From: Octopus vulgaris
Lineage: Eukaryota
DNA: 64,000 nt
Direction: 5' to 3'
NCBI GenBank assembly: GCA_951406725.2
Contig: OX597819.1
Span: forward strand, 82,832,001 to 82,896,000
Under the pieces are notes generated by a model. It was not told the DNA's origin. It made no database searches and saw only the letters and a list, made by a program, of their open reading frames with translations. The translations under genes were made by a program, and so were the position numbers. Below are positions 42,600-55,001 of this stretch, one piece after another; position 1 is the first letter of the stretch, and each line of letters begins with the position of its first letter.

Positions 42600-43032
42600 A
42601 AGGGTGTGTGATTGGCAGAATCATTAAAATGTATGACAAAAAGCAGTATTTCTTCTGGCTTTTTACATTCTGGGTTCAAATTCTTCTGAGGTTCACTTTA
42701 CCTTTCATCTTTCCAAAGTTGATATATATTAAAGTACCAGTCATGTTCTGGCGTTGGTTTAAATTAATGACTCCCTTTCCCCAAAATTTGAGATTTTGTG
42801 TCTATGTAAGAGGGTTGTTGGAACATTTAGAGTAGTGAATGGGCAGATACATTAAAATCTTAAAAATGCCTTGTGATAATTGTTCCAGTTCTCAGTTCAA
42901 ATCATGCCAAGATCATCATTGCTTTTCATCCTGTCAGCTCAATAAAATAAAGTCCAAATCAAGAACTCGTGTTGATTTTATTAACTAAGCTGCTCCCAAC
43001 TAAGTTCAAGTATTGCAATTATATTGGAAGTA

Positions 43033-43076
<44 letters not shown>

Positions 43077-43330
43077 CATTATTATAATTTTATTATTGGA
43101 ATTAATTTTGGTGGCAAGATGACAAAACGGTTAACATGACAGACAAAATGCTTACCAGCATTTTGTTCATCTTTAGGTTCTCAGTTCAAATCCCACTGAC
43201 ATCATCCTTGCCTTTCATCCTTTTGCATCAATGAAATATGTACCAACTGAGCTCTGCAATCGAAATAAATTGACTTTTCCACCCCCAAAATTGCTGGCCT
43301 TGTACCAAAATAAGAAAGGATTATTATTGA
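42600..43330 (+). mobile_element. Three tandem family B SINE copies separated by TTA-rich tails
   Basis: The block ggcaga...ttctg/cagttcaaat...gcctttcatcc...aagtacca...cccaaaatt recurs at ~42600, ~42835 and ~43110; (TTA)n at 43034-43090. Confidence 0.7.
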
Positions 43331-44414
43331 AAATACAATTTTGTTCATCAATAAAAATTTTGTGTGTGTGCGTGCTTGTGTATGTGTGCATAGACATCTT
43401 ATATTGATTGAAGGAAAATTTAGAACCAAGCAACCGCATCCTTTCATATTTCAGAAGGAAAAAAATGAATATCCACTAACTGTATTTACTGCACCTAGTT
43501 CTCCAGCTTCTATTGTATATCAGACAAATGAAAATTATTGTTTCTCTTCACTCTCACAAGCTTTTAGTAGCGAAGAGAAAAATAAGCAACATTCTGTGAA
43601 ATACAACAAACATTGGCATTGAACACCTTGTTTCAGTGCATTGCTAGATGTTTTCTAAAAGGGTGGTTTCTCAGGGGCCTCTGATTTTTCAATAGCTTTT
43701 TCAGATATTTTACATAACAATATTATTATTAGGGCTATTTAACAGTGAAGTAGTCTAGATTAAATTGCAAATGAATCCATGTAACGAATGATGATCATAA
43801 CATCAAATTCTCTGGGAATTAAATTTTTCTAACACTATTTTAGCATCTAAAATTAAATGGTCGATGTCCCTACAAACGTGTGTGTGTGTGTGTGTCTATA
43901 CGCATGTGTATGTGCACATGTGTGAGTGTGTACATATGCATTTGTGATTGTATACTTGTATATCTGATATGTTTGTATAAAAATGTATGTGCATGGTGTG
44001 TAGATATGTGTAGATATGTGTGACAGAGAGAGGAGTGGGGAAAGGTTGATAAACAGACAAACAGGTAAGCAAACAATGCAATAGTCATGTTATTATGGTA
44101 CCCAAGAGAATTAGTATAAATATTTTGTTTACTTTTTGTATCGCTTTCATTGTGTTGCATCCATGTCTAAGACACTTAGTCAATGATTGCCCTAATTAGC
44201 TTGTTGTAAGTAGGTATCATATTGCAGTGTAGATTTCTGTAAGTAGCCATAGCACTGTTAAAGTACCTGTGCTTCCATGCTTGCAATTGTGGTTTCAGTT
44301 CTTTCCACTGGTTTGACCAGAAGGAATGTTGGTTCTAGTGAGTCTTATTTATTCAAGAGTACCAAAACAGTAGCTATCAACTCTTAGCTTTTAAGATGAA
44401 TGGGGTTTTGGTTT

Positions 44415-44433
44415 ACACATACACACACACACA

Positions 44434-44494
<61 letters not shown>
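44415..44494. repeat. (CA)n/(TA)n microsatellite
   Basis: Directly visible. Confidence 0.95.
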
Positions 44495-44497
<3 letters not shown>

Positions 44498-44946
44498 AGT
44501 AATATTCTTTTGTGATAAAGTGGTTAACATGAGTGTATTTAATACTCAAACATCAGAGTTGAAAAATCCAAGTGAGTTTTTATAAGTTCACACTTAACTA
44601 AGATATACCAGTGCTGATAAAGATGATCATATTGATACGTATATGTGCTTTAGTTTTTAGTTTGTTCTGTGAGTATGTATCTGATTGCCTGTCGAAGACA
44701 AATTCTGTGTTAACATTGTACAGTCTGAGAAGATTTCATGTATATTTCTAGAGTATGATTTTATTTCATCTGTTCTGGTTAAAATGTAGTTGCCTACTCA
44801 GTATTTGAAAGTATTATATGGCACAATAGGTTGTAGATATTTAAGGAACTGGGTCTCTGGTCCTCTGCAGAAACTACATTCTGTTTTGCCTTTCTATATA
44901 AACGGAAGTAGTTGATAAAAATCACTATCCCAATTGTTAATATTTT

Positions 44947-44971
44947 ATACATACATACATACATACATACA

Positions 44972-45050
<79 letters not shown>

Positions 45051-45074
45051 ATATATATGTATGTATGTATATAT
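44947..45074. repeat. (TACA)n/(TA)n/(TG)n microsatellite
   Basis: Directly visible. Confidence 0.95.
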
Positions 45075-46021
45075 GCTCAGTCTGCAACTGTAATGGTTTG
45101 CCCCAGTATTATCAAATAAGTTCAGACCAAATTTAAATACTTGATTTTAAAGCACAAAACATTTTATGTTCTAGCAGGTACCAAACATTATTATAAATAT
45201 TATAAGGTACATAAAATTTAGATAATTGTGCTTAAAATGTCAAAACCATTATGAAGAATATTAACAGGTATAGCTTCTAATTGCCAATGGAGACCAAGAA
45301 AATTATTTGAAAAGAAATTTAATGCCAAAACAGAGTAAACATTCACTGATAATTATACATTTATTCAGCTGCCAAATTCTGAAAAAATATTCAATTAAGT
45401 GTTAAATACTGCATTTGAGTGCTTAAGGAAATATATTACTTCATTCACATCAATCCAAATAAACTATGGTATACTTTACAAGAGATTAAATGGATAGGAA
45501 TATTCCATATTTTACTTGGCTTTTCTTTCAATTAATGGTCAGGTAAATTTAAACCAGAACATTAAATATCTGTATTATTAGTAATGAATCTTTTTTCTCA
45601 CTAATATTTAGTCAGCAACAATTTTATTGCTGAATTTAAGTTAACAAAAAATGATATTTCATTAACTCACATTTATTTGTAATTAACTTATTGATAAAAA
45701 TTTGAGCGCAAACCTTAAAATATTTTACCAATTCATGCAACTCAAATTTGTACAGTATATTTTATGATGCTCATTTTCCTATAAAGGCTGACATATCTAC
45801 AATAAGATAAAAGGTTTAAACTGTTGAATATAACAAACTGTTGAAATTACTTTTTAGATCAATTTTACAATTCTTGTTTATGTGTTGTACAATGATGAAA
45901 GTATTTCCCAAAAGCTAATGAATAACTACAATAAAATTTATTATTATAAAATTTTATGTAAATTGCTTTAATATTTAAATAATACACACTCAATACAATA
46001 TTTAGCTTTAAGTTGAGTTCA

Positions 46022-46024
<3 letters not shown>

Positions 46025-46067
<43 letters not shown>

Positions 46068-46175
46068 TGTATGTATATTTATCTATATATATCTTTATAT
46101 ATAAGTATGTATATATATATATCTACTTATATATGTGTGTGTATATATATACATATATGTGTGTGTGTGCTTATA

Positions 46176-46227
<52 letters not shown>

Positions 46228-46250
46228 TATACACACATGCATACATACAT
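46025..46250. repeat. Compound (TA)n/(TG)n/(CA)n microsatellite
   Basis: Directly visible. Confidence 0.95.
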
Positions 46251-46449
46251 GTTTTTTCATGTTTTGTTAAGCGAAAACATACAAATGTTCAAATCAAGAA
46301 TAAAAAAGACTTACATGTGGTAACTAGGAACTGTTTTCTTTAATATTGAAGATTTGAGTACAGTCATCTAAATAAGACCAGCAGCATTAAACTACAATTA
46401 CCATTTTGTAATCTTTGTGACTTCACAGACAAACACACATATGCAATAA

Positions 46450-46484
<35 letters not shown>

Positions 46485-47119
46485 TTGAGGAAAAAGAAAG
46501 AGAAAGGTGAACACACTCACACAGATATAGATATATACTCATATAAGTATTTAGGTATATTTTTAAAATTATAAATATCCTGCAAATGTATGTATACATA
46601 ATTGTTATGTATACATCTCTGTGTGTTTTTATACATGTGATCAAAAATTATGTATAAATGATAAACACTTATGTATGGGAGCATGCACGTGTTTTTGTCT
46701 GTGTGTGAAATGGACTTTCAATCCCAAATTTCAGTTTCTTACAGCTTTACAAGACCTTGGTTTCACAGTTTATTTAATAAAGCAATATATAAACTAAACT
46801 ACATATGTGACCAAACTTACCAGCACTCCCAAATGCTATAATTAGCAAGAATTTTTAACAGATCTTAAGACACAGGGTACAAAGTACAACATCTACAAAT
46901 TCAAACTTTGCCACTGCATTAAAGATATCTTTAAAAAAAAATAGTCATCATCTAATGTATCAGAATTGTTGCCAAAGATGACCAATTCAGCAGGATAGCA
47001 TTTACCAGCATGTAAAATTTGGTAACATATATTATTAGTTCATTCTAACACTATTCTGAAATATAACACAAAACTGAGAAATATTTTCAATTAAACTGAA
47101 AAAACAATCCTCATTATTA

Positions 47120-47600
47120 TCACCATCATCATCACTGTCATCATCATCTTCATCATCATCTTCATCGTCATCATCATCGTCATCATAACAATTTAAATGT
47201 CTATTTATCAATTCAAGCATACACTGGATAACTCTACAGTTCGATATATTCCCATTCTCCTTAATTTTCTTTCTTTATGTCCTTAATGGCCCAAATCTTG
47301 AGACCAGACCTTACAACTTTTCTTTATGTCTACCTTATTAGAACATATTTTTATTCTTCAGTAAGTATTTCTCATTCACATTAGGTGTCCACAGTAGTAT
47401 GACTGTCTGTCCTGCACACATAAGCTGATTTCTTTAATGCTCAGTTTCTTTCTAAGCTTCCTTGTTTTCTGTATGTGAAGATTGCACAAGCAATAGATCA
47501 TGAACAGATGGAACTCACAAATCAACTTTGAATTCTGGTGGCCCTGTGAAACATATATGTCCATAAGAGTTTCAAGTCTCATTACAGTGGTGGTTTGCTT
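47120..47600 (-). mobile_element. Old RTE-clade LINE 3' remnant with (GAT)n tail
   Basis: LRKKLSIKEISLCVQDRQSYYCGHLM resembles the RTE C-terminal LR..L.I..I...VQ.RRLRW.GHV.R motif. It ends in gacatttaaa..gatgacgatgatgatg. Confidence 0.5.
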
Positions 47601-47779
47601 TTGTTTTACTCAGAAATTCAATTTATTTCTACAGCAGTAATTAACTAAGTCCTTTTGAGATGCAGATGTGTATATTGTTTGCCAGAGTCCACATTGCATA
47701 TGCACACTATAAAAGAATCGTATACATTAATGTATATATGAAACATGCAAATGTACACACATACACACACACACATTAT

Positions 47780-47920
47780 CCATTGATTCTACTTACCAAA
47801 TTTTCTCTCATGAGTCAGTCCAAGATTATGGTAGAAAACATTTGCCCAGGATGTCCCACAGATCGAACCTGGATTCATGTGGTTATGAAGTGAACTTTTT
47901 AACCACACAGCTATTTTTGC
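47780..47920 (-). mobile_element. SINE family A head fragment
   Basis: acatttgcccagg...atcgaacctgg...ttttaaccacacagc is the reverse complement of the family A head. Confidence 0.6.
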
Positions 47921-49631
47921 ATCTATCAGTGCATCATATTCAAACAATTTCTCTCCTCCAACCACAAAGCTTATGCATTCAGCACCCTGTGTCTCACTAC
48001 CATGCTATACTTCTAAATTATTATTCAGACAGTCTTCTTGATTATGGAGAAAAAAGCTCTCTGTTACCAACTCTTTTACTATTCACACCATTTAGACATA
48101 GATTGAGACACACCAAGCTCTTCCGTGCAGAAAAATCCATTTTTTATTCACTAATTTTATTCAATATTAAATACGATATTATAAAAGTATCATTAAAGCC
48201 TTAATCCTTAAACATTCCAAATCATACATAACACTTACAATATTTAGTAAAGCATTTGTATGCATGTGGAAATAACTAAAGTTTCTAGCTTCTATCATGT
48301 ACAATGCTACAACAGGGCATTGCTGTGAATATAGTATCAAAACTAATAAAACACGAAACACTGTACGAAATTGTAATGTGAAATTGACAGCCTTGTTTTC
48401 CCTCCCACTCTCTCTCTCTCAAGCACACATGCATATGAAACATGATTAGGTGTTATCCAGTATCAAAATGCATTCTTAAGTTTTTGTGCAAAACATAAAG
48501 TGCGAACCTGTTCTTGCATACACACACACATGCACACACACAAACACACACACACAAACACATATATATATTCAGTATATACATGTATAGGAAAATAATG
48601 TGGATTTTTATGACAGAAATATTAATCAGGATAGTTTGGATTACAAGCCTTCCTTGATATTTTTTAACTCTTACTTTTTTTTAAATATTTTCATTATTTC
48701 ATTTGCAATGTTTTCAAGTGGAGTAGAATCCAGAATTTGGAATCTGATACTTTGGAGCAGAGTTTCAGACGGAAAGAAGCTTATATTGGTTGAGTTCTTA
48801 ATGTGGCACACAATGTTAAACATTTCCTTTATATATATATATGTGTGTATATATATAATATGTGTAAATGTATATTCACATAAATATGTATGTATGTGTG
48901 TATATATATGTGCATGTGTAAGTATATATATATATATATATAAATGTATATATAAATATGCTTGCACACACATACACACACATATATGTAATCATACGTA
49001 TATACATAATTAAAATACAGAGAATGATAATAATTAATAATGATTTGTTTTCTTTTAATTCTCGCATTATTTTACTTCCATTTTACTCTCTACTCTACAA
49101 AAACTCATAATTTCTCCTTTAGAAAATGTGTCCATATTTTTGCAATAGGCGAAAAAAAAAACATTAATATTTAAGAAAAATTATTGCTGAAAAATAATGC
49201 TAAAAATTTTAAAATTAATAATCTTCATGAAATATGTAAACATTATTAAGAAGCAGAAGAAGAGATGAAAAAAAGATATCAATTTTTCCTTTTTATGTCC
49301 AAAACCAAAGAATCTTAAGCTGTATAGAGGGAGACTTGACTTACAGGAATGATATCTTTCTGTTGGTCCATAAGTTTCCTTCTTTCTCTTTGCTTAATTT
49401 GTCTACAACTACAACTAGTGTTAATTCCAAATGTTGTTGCCTGAAAAATATGTCCATCCCAATCAAACTTCCTGTCCACACACTCTGTCTTTTCTCTATA
49501 TTCTAAAACCTCTATCTATCTATATATATTTTCTTGCCTCAGTTCCTCCCATCCTCTCTCTATCTCTCTATCATATTTGGTTACCACAGTAATGATGATA
49601 ACTGTACGTATGTTGCCTTACGTTTTGTCAG

Positions 49632-49844
49632 GCACCAACCCTTGTGCGAACAAGTGCAGAAAGTACGAAAGATGCAACATCAATCGACAGGGGGTAGCGG
49701 AGTGTGTGTGTCCCACCTCTTGTGAGCCGGTGCTGCGCCCTATATGTGGGAGTGATGGAGTAACATACGACAATGAATGCCAACTTCAGAAAGATGCCTG
49801 CCAAAACGAACTCCCTATCATTCTAAAGCAGAGAGGACCTTGTG
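49632..49844 (+). CDS. AGRN: Internal coding exon: follistatin-N (FOLN) + Kazal module, most likely an agrin follistatin repeat
   Basis: Acceptor ttttgtcAG|GC at 49630-49631 and donor G|GTAAGA at 49845. The exon is 213 nt, phase 1-1. It reads (G)TNPCANKCRKYERCNINRQGVAECVCPTSCEPVLRPICGSDGVTYDNECQLQKDACQNELPIILKQRGPC, with 10 Cys in follistatin spacing and the Kazal motif PICGSDGVTYDNEC. NPC..C...C.IN..G.A.C.CP.SCEPV.RP.C matches my recollection of an invertebrate agrin FS repeat. CpGs are retained relative to the flanks. Confidence 0.85.
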
Positions 49845-51069
49845 GTAAGACGACCTGAAAAAATACAAAAAGCCAAAACTACTTATACTATCAGTGTCAG
49901 CCATACTTAACAATTTATCATTCCTTTTTATTAATATTCATATGATAATAAAATGATGGTTATGAAATGTTTAAAACAAACTTAATATTTTAAACTCAGT
50001 TTTGTTAATGCAAGCAATACATTACTTAATACATACCTATATTATTTGACATCATTATTATATTATTAAGATCCATTTTTACTAGTCCTGTTTCTTGACA
50101 GTGGAAACCCAACAGACTTTCATTCAATGCTGCTAAATTATTCCACTTTCTTCCATCTTCTGCTCTTTGAGCTCAAATAAATGTCCTCTTCTGCTTATTC
50201 ACTTTGACTTACATCCTTCTTCTGTCTACTTAATCCTCTAGTTTTCTCACTAAAACTTCAATCTCTGTATTCTTAGAATTTCCTTTCTAAAACTTTCAAT
50301 TTTTTAAAAAATAAAATTATACCATCTTCTCAATGAAATCACTGCAATTTTCTTAAAATATAGCTTTAATACTGGCTATTACTACTTGCTTAATGCTTTA
50401 ATCTTCTTGTCTAATGATACAAATTTGTTGTCTAAAATTAAACTCTCAAAAACTTGCAATGATTATATTTTTTATAATGTAGCCCTATAAATCATTTATA
50501 AAACTAGAAAACATAAGTGATTTATTCTCTCAAAATTATAATTAATTTTTAATTAATGTTTTAGGCACATGGCTTAATTTCAATTCTTAACCTAATTTAC
50601 ACTGTTAAAATTATTTGGAAAAATATGACCTTAACTTTCTAGTTCCCATCAGCTATAAATCTATAAATTTAAGCTTTTATGCCTATATAAAAACTAAACC
50701 TTAAATGATTCTTTATCTAACATTTTCTTATGTATTCTTAGCTAAAATAAAATTGTTTTATTAAATTAAATTATACTAAATTGTATAAATAAACAGTTTA
50801 TACATTTTTAAAATATGCCATTTAATTTAGAAAATTTCTTGATAGAAAAAAAACAAGCATTTAATGATCTATACAAAATTCAATTATTTTCCATAAAGAA
50901 TAATCGCCTTTATTGTTTATGCTTAACATATGTAGTACAAATATAAGTGTATGGGGTGGTTGTACATGTATATATATATATATATATATGTTCCCACGCA
51001 TATACATACACACACATATATATATATATATGTATGCATGTGTATATGTGTATGTGTGTATGTACGTAT

Positions 51070-51448
51070 TGTGCACTTTGTCAGTTATGATGACGAAGGT
51101 TCCAGTTGATCCGATCAAAGGAACAGCCTGCTCATGAAATTAACATGCAAGTGGCTGAGTATTCCACAGACACATATACCATTAACATAGTTCTCGGGGA
51201 GATTCAGTGTGACACAGAGTGTGACAAGACTGGCCCTTTGAAATACAGGTACAACAGAAAAAGGAAGAAAGAGTGAGAGAAATTGTGGTGAAAGAGTGCA
51301 GTAGGGTTCGCCACCACCTACTGCCAGAGCCTCATGAAGCTTTAGGTGTTTTCACTCAGTTAACGCTGACAGTGCTCGGTCTGGGAATCAAAACTGTGAT
51401 ATTACAACTGCAAGTCCGCTGCCCTAACCACTGGTTCATTGTGGCTCG
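51070..51448 (-). mobile_element. Well-preserved tRNA-derived SINE (family C)
   Basis: The minus strand starts gagccacaatgaaccagtggttagggcagcggacttgcag...ttgattcccagacc (A/B-box like). It is a GC-richer ~380-bp unit bounded by microsatellites. Confidence 0.7.
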
Positions 51449-51491
51449 ATGTATATATATATATAATGTATGTGTAGGTATGTGTATATAT

Positions 51492-51545
<54 letters not shown>

Positions 51546-52194
51546 CCACATGCATACACATATATACATGTGTGTATGTCTTTTGAGGAAATTGTGAGAA
51601 TAACAAAATATTACCTTATGGGAAAACTCAGTATGAAAATTAGAGTCAAATTTATTTAGAAATTTATTTTAATGGGGACTTCAAGTTTTGCCTGGTGCTT
51701 TATATAATCAAAGTTTGAAAAATGCCATCAGCATTTGTGCTCCTGAAAATTTTATGATATAGAAATGCAAAACTTATTTTCCATTGACCTCCATGTTACA
51801 AGTTGGTTAATGAACTTAGAAGTCATTGAGAAAATTTATTTTACATTAGGAAACTCCTGATTTTCATGAACATTATGCTACAATAAAGTGGAGGGTTACC
51901 CCTGTGTGCACTTATATGTGTGTGTACGCGCACACATACTGAAACTTTGACTCAAATTTGTCTTATTTAAAGTTTCATGAAATGAAAAAAGCACTTCTGT
52001 GTGAGACACTTTCAGTCAAGCTGATAATACAAATATATGAGTATAAACACTAGAACCATGTTACATGCTTTATTCTGGCATTTATTTGTACATAGATAAA
52101 TAGATATATAGATGGACAGATAGATAGATATATAGATAGATAGAGAGGGAGAGAGAGAGAGAGAGAGAGACACATGCACATTAGCACATATATA

Positions 52195-52501
52195 GCATGA
52201 ATCTGTAGTTAAGAAGTTTGCTTTGCCACCTCATATTTTCATGTTTAGTCCCATAGCATAGTACGTTGAGCTAGTGTCATATGTCTGTGTGTTTGTCTGT
52301 GTGTGTGTGTGTGCACGTGTTCGTGTATATGTATATATATCAGTTGAATAAAGTTAAAACATGGTATGGTTTTCCTGCTTTTTATTATGGTATTTTTTTC
52401 AAAAAGACTTTTTAAATACCATAATAAAAAACGTGAAAACCAGACCATGTTTTAACTTTATTCAACTGATACCTTATTCTATATACATTTACAGAAATTC
52501 A

Positions 52502-52565
<64 letters not shown>

Positions 52566-52850
52566 CAGTTTGTGTGTGTATGTTTTGTCATGTTTCCTTG
52601 TCCTGGTATCATACTTTAAATGAAGTCATTATTATACAAACACAGTCATTCATTCACAATTTTCTGGAAGAAAAATGTCTAGCCATTAGTTTGTTCATGC
52701 TCAAAGGACAAGATCAAATAGTAACTTGCTTTGAAATAGTAGAGGGTTGGTGATAGGAAGGGCATCCAACCATATAAGCTCTGCTTCAACAGATTTTGCC
52801 TAATCCATACTATCATGGAAAAGGAGATGTTAAAAGGATGAGGAATGATG
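52195..52850 (+). mobile_element. SINE (family A head + RTE-type tail) interrupted by a palindromic element
   Basis: Head tagttaagaagtttgcttt...tttagtccca; tail gagggttggtgataggaagggcatccaac...catggaaaaggagatgttaaa. Confidence 0.6.
52338..52503. repeat. TA-flanked near-perfect palindrome with one-sided extension
   Basis: tatcagttgaataaagttaaaacatggt...ttattatggtattt (52338-52395) pairs with aaataccataataa...accatgttttaactttattcaactgata (52414-52471). Confidence 0.85.
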
Positions 52851-52953
52851 AATATATACTTACAAATATATATTTATATACACATATGTATATAAAAATA
52901 TTTATATGTATATATGTATGTATATGTTTATATATGTATATGTATGTGTATTT

Positions 52954-52954
<1 letters not shown>

Positions 52955-53018
<64 letters not shown>

Positions 53019-53024
53019 CAGACA
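52955..53024. repeat. (GATA)n microsatellite
   Basis: Directly visible. Confidence 0.95.
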
Positions 53025-53339
53025 GGAAAGGTTGACTGAGAAGTTTTTGCTCAAGCCACCTTCAGTCTGATGACACCTTGTTAGGCAAACTTTTTAAGTA
53101 ACTGCCAAACTCTTCCTTGCAAAACTCAAAGAAGTACATTGTTCCTCTGAACAGTATTGACTGATACTTCGTTTTAATATTTGACTGTTTTCATATATTT
53201 CTATGCATATAACAAGGTGGCCCAGCATAACTACAGTCTAAAGACTGAAACAAGTAGAAGAGTCAAAGATATGATTATATATATTGATGATACATGTGTA
53301 TGCATGTGTGAGTGTGTGCGTGTGTGGGTGATCACAGCA

Positions 53340-53640
53340 GTTCTTCAAAATTGAGGGTGATTTTATACCAAATTAGAAGTTAATGGCACATGTGCACAGA
53401 TCCTTGTAGTTCAGATCTTCTGACAGTGGGATCAATCTATCCAGAAAGAAGAGCAGATTTTGACATTTGGAATAACCATGCTTTCCTTCAAGACTTCACA
53501 CTATTCTTAAAAGAAGTAGTCAGCCCCTTAGTGAATGAGGATCTGTAAGCTGTCCTGTCATGAGTGGAATCCTCTCAGTAGTTGTCACTAATGTTAAAGT
53601 TTTTACAATTTACTCTGAGAAGTGCCTTAGAGCTGAGCTC
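53340..53640 (-). mobile_element. Possible very old RTE-like LINE 3' remnant
   Basis: A minus frame reads FNISDNY*EDSTHDRTAYRSSFTKG, resembling the I....WE..A.DR..WR..I..G motif. Heavily decayed. Confidence 0.3.
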
Positions 53641-54134
53641 TTCATGTGATCTACATTTCTATGTTATATTTTATATATACATGTATACACATGAACATAT
53701 ATGTATATGTGTGTGCATAGATACATAGATAAATAGATATATAGATATACATGTGTCTATGTATGCTGTAACTAATTTATACCATAGAGAACTCAATGCA
53801 AAAATGCAGAGTATAACAGCTTTATTCAGATGTTGGATTAACTATCAATTACATTATTGCTGCTAGTTTTATTGTCTGTAGATTTATCAGCTAATGGTAT
53901 CAATCAACATTCATTCAACAAATGTTGTGGTAATGCCAGAGAAGAAAGTTTATTTCAAATTATTCTTCAATTTCACTGATGTATCTATATTCATCTATAT
54001 TCATACTTCTATGCATAGAATACATTATTCTTTATTGAAACTGAAGGCATGTTTATTTTCTCATGTTTTCTGATCCAACATTTGAATAATGTTATATTAT
54101 ATGGATGCATATATATATATATATATATATATAT

Positions 54135-54460
54135 GAATAGGTAAAAAAAAAAAGAAAAGAAAAAAGTAGAAAGCTTTGTACATGGCAGAAAGTTTTACAA
54201 AAACCATTATATTTCAGGTGCAAAGGTCCATTTTCAGATAGAAGCAGTCCAAGTAATGTCTAGTTACACCGATTTCATTATTTTAATAAATCAGTGTAAC
54301 TAGACATTTTTTTAACTGCTTCCTTCAGAGGATGGGCCTTTGCACCTGAAATATAAAAGTTTTTGTAAAACTTTCTGCATTGTTTGAAGCTTACTATATT
54401 TTTCTTTCCTTTTTCTACTTCTGCACTACAATGCTTCAAGTGAATTAAAATGCTCTTTTA
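54135..54460. mobile_element. TA-flanked asymmetric palindrome with hammerhead-like motif (PLE pLTR-like)
   Basis: Arms ~54150-54276 and ~54288-54415; extension 54416-54460. Each arm carries C(T/A)GAnnA-T-GGRC-CTTTGC-ACCT-GAAA. Confidence 0.65.
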
Positions 54461-54466
54461 TATATG

Positions 54467-54505
<39 letters not shown>

Positions 54506-55001
54506 GCACATGAAGTGCAAGCATGACAGTGTGCTAGGAAACCACATGGTCAAGTTCAGTTCCACCTTGTAGTAATTTAGGCAATTGCTTTGTAAATCAG
54601 TCCCAAGAAAACCAATGCATTTGGGATTTTTATCAGAGGAAAACTTTATAAATCCAGTTGTGTGTGTATGTGTGTGTGTGTGTTCATGTGTATCTACCAG
54701 TTTGTGTGTTGTTATCTGCTGTTTGTTAAGAATTCACTGTTAGCAAATTGTCTAATAGCTCTGTTCAAATCAAGCTGCATGATACTCTCTAACCTGATAA
54801 TGGGCATGCAGGTGAAAAACAATACCCAGACTCATGCTAGCATTGCAGAAGAGACATAATATGTATACAAGTGTGTGTGAGTGTATGATTATATATGAAT
54901 ATATGAACATATATATGTAAATATATACATATATATATGTTATATTTATAAATATATACATACACATACATATATAATGTATATATATCATATTGTGACC
55001 C

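Larger units (their letters stand above)
1..49631 (+). other. Probable very long intron upstream of the follistatin exon
   Basis: The exon is internal (no start codon or signal peptide). No other credible coding exon was seen upstream, although very short exons could be missed. Confidence 0.55.

Noticed and set aside
44614-44642. CTGATAA-AGATGATCATATT-GATACGTA as another hammerhead relic
   Set aside because: Needs changes in both core boxes, and there is no second arm to support the reconstruction.
47035-47220. Poly-Asp ORF
   Set aside because: It is the (GAT)n tail of a retroelement remnant.
49577-49631. N-terminal part and start codon of ORF 49577..49858
   Set aside because: Lies upstream of the splice acceptor and is intronic read-through. 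The GKTT* end is likewise read-through of the donor.
51375-51448. tRNA-like sequences (also 20095-20160, 61870-61935)
   Set aside because: A/B-box-like heads of SINEs without a complete cloverleaf; not tRNA genes.
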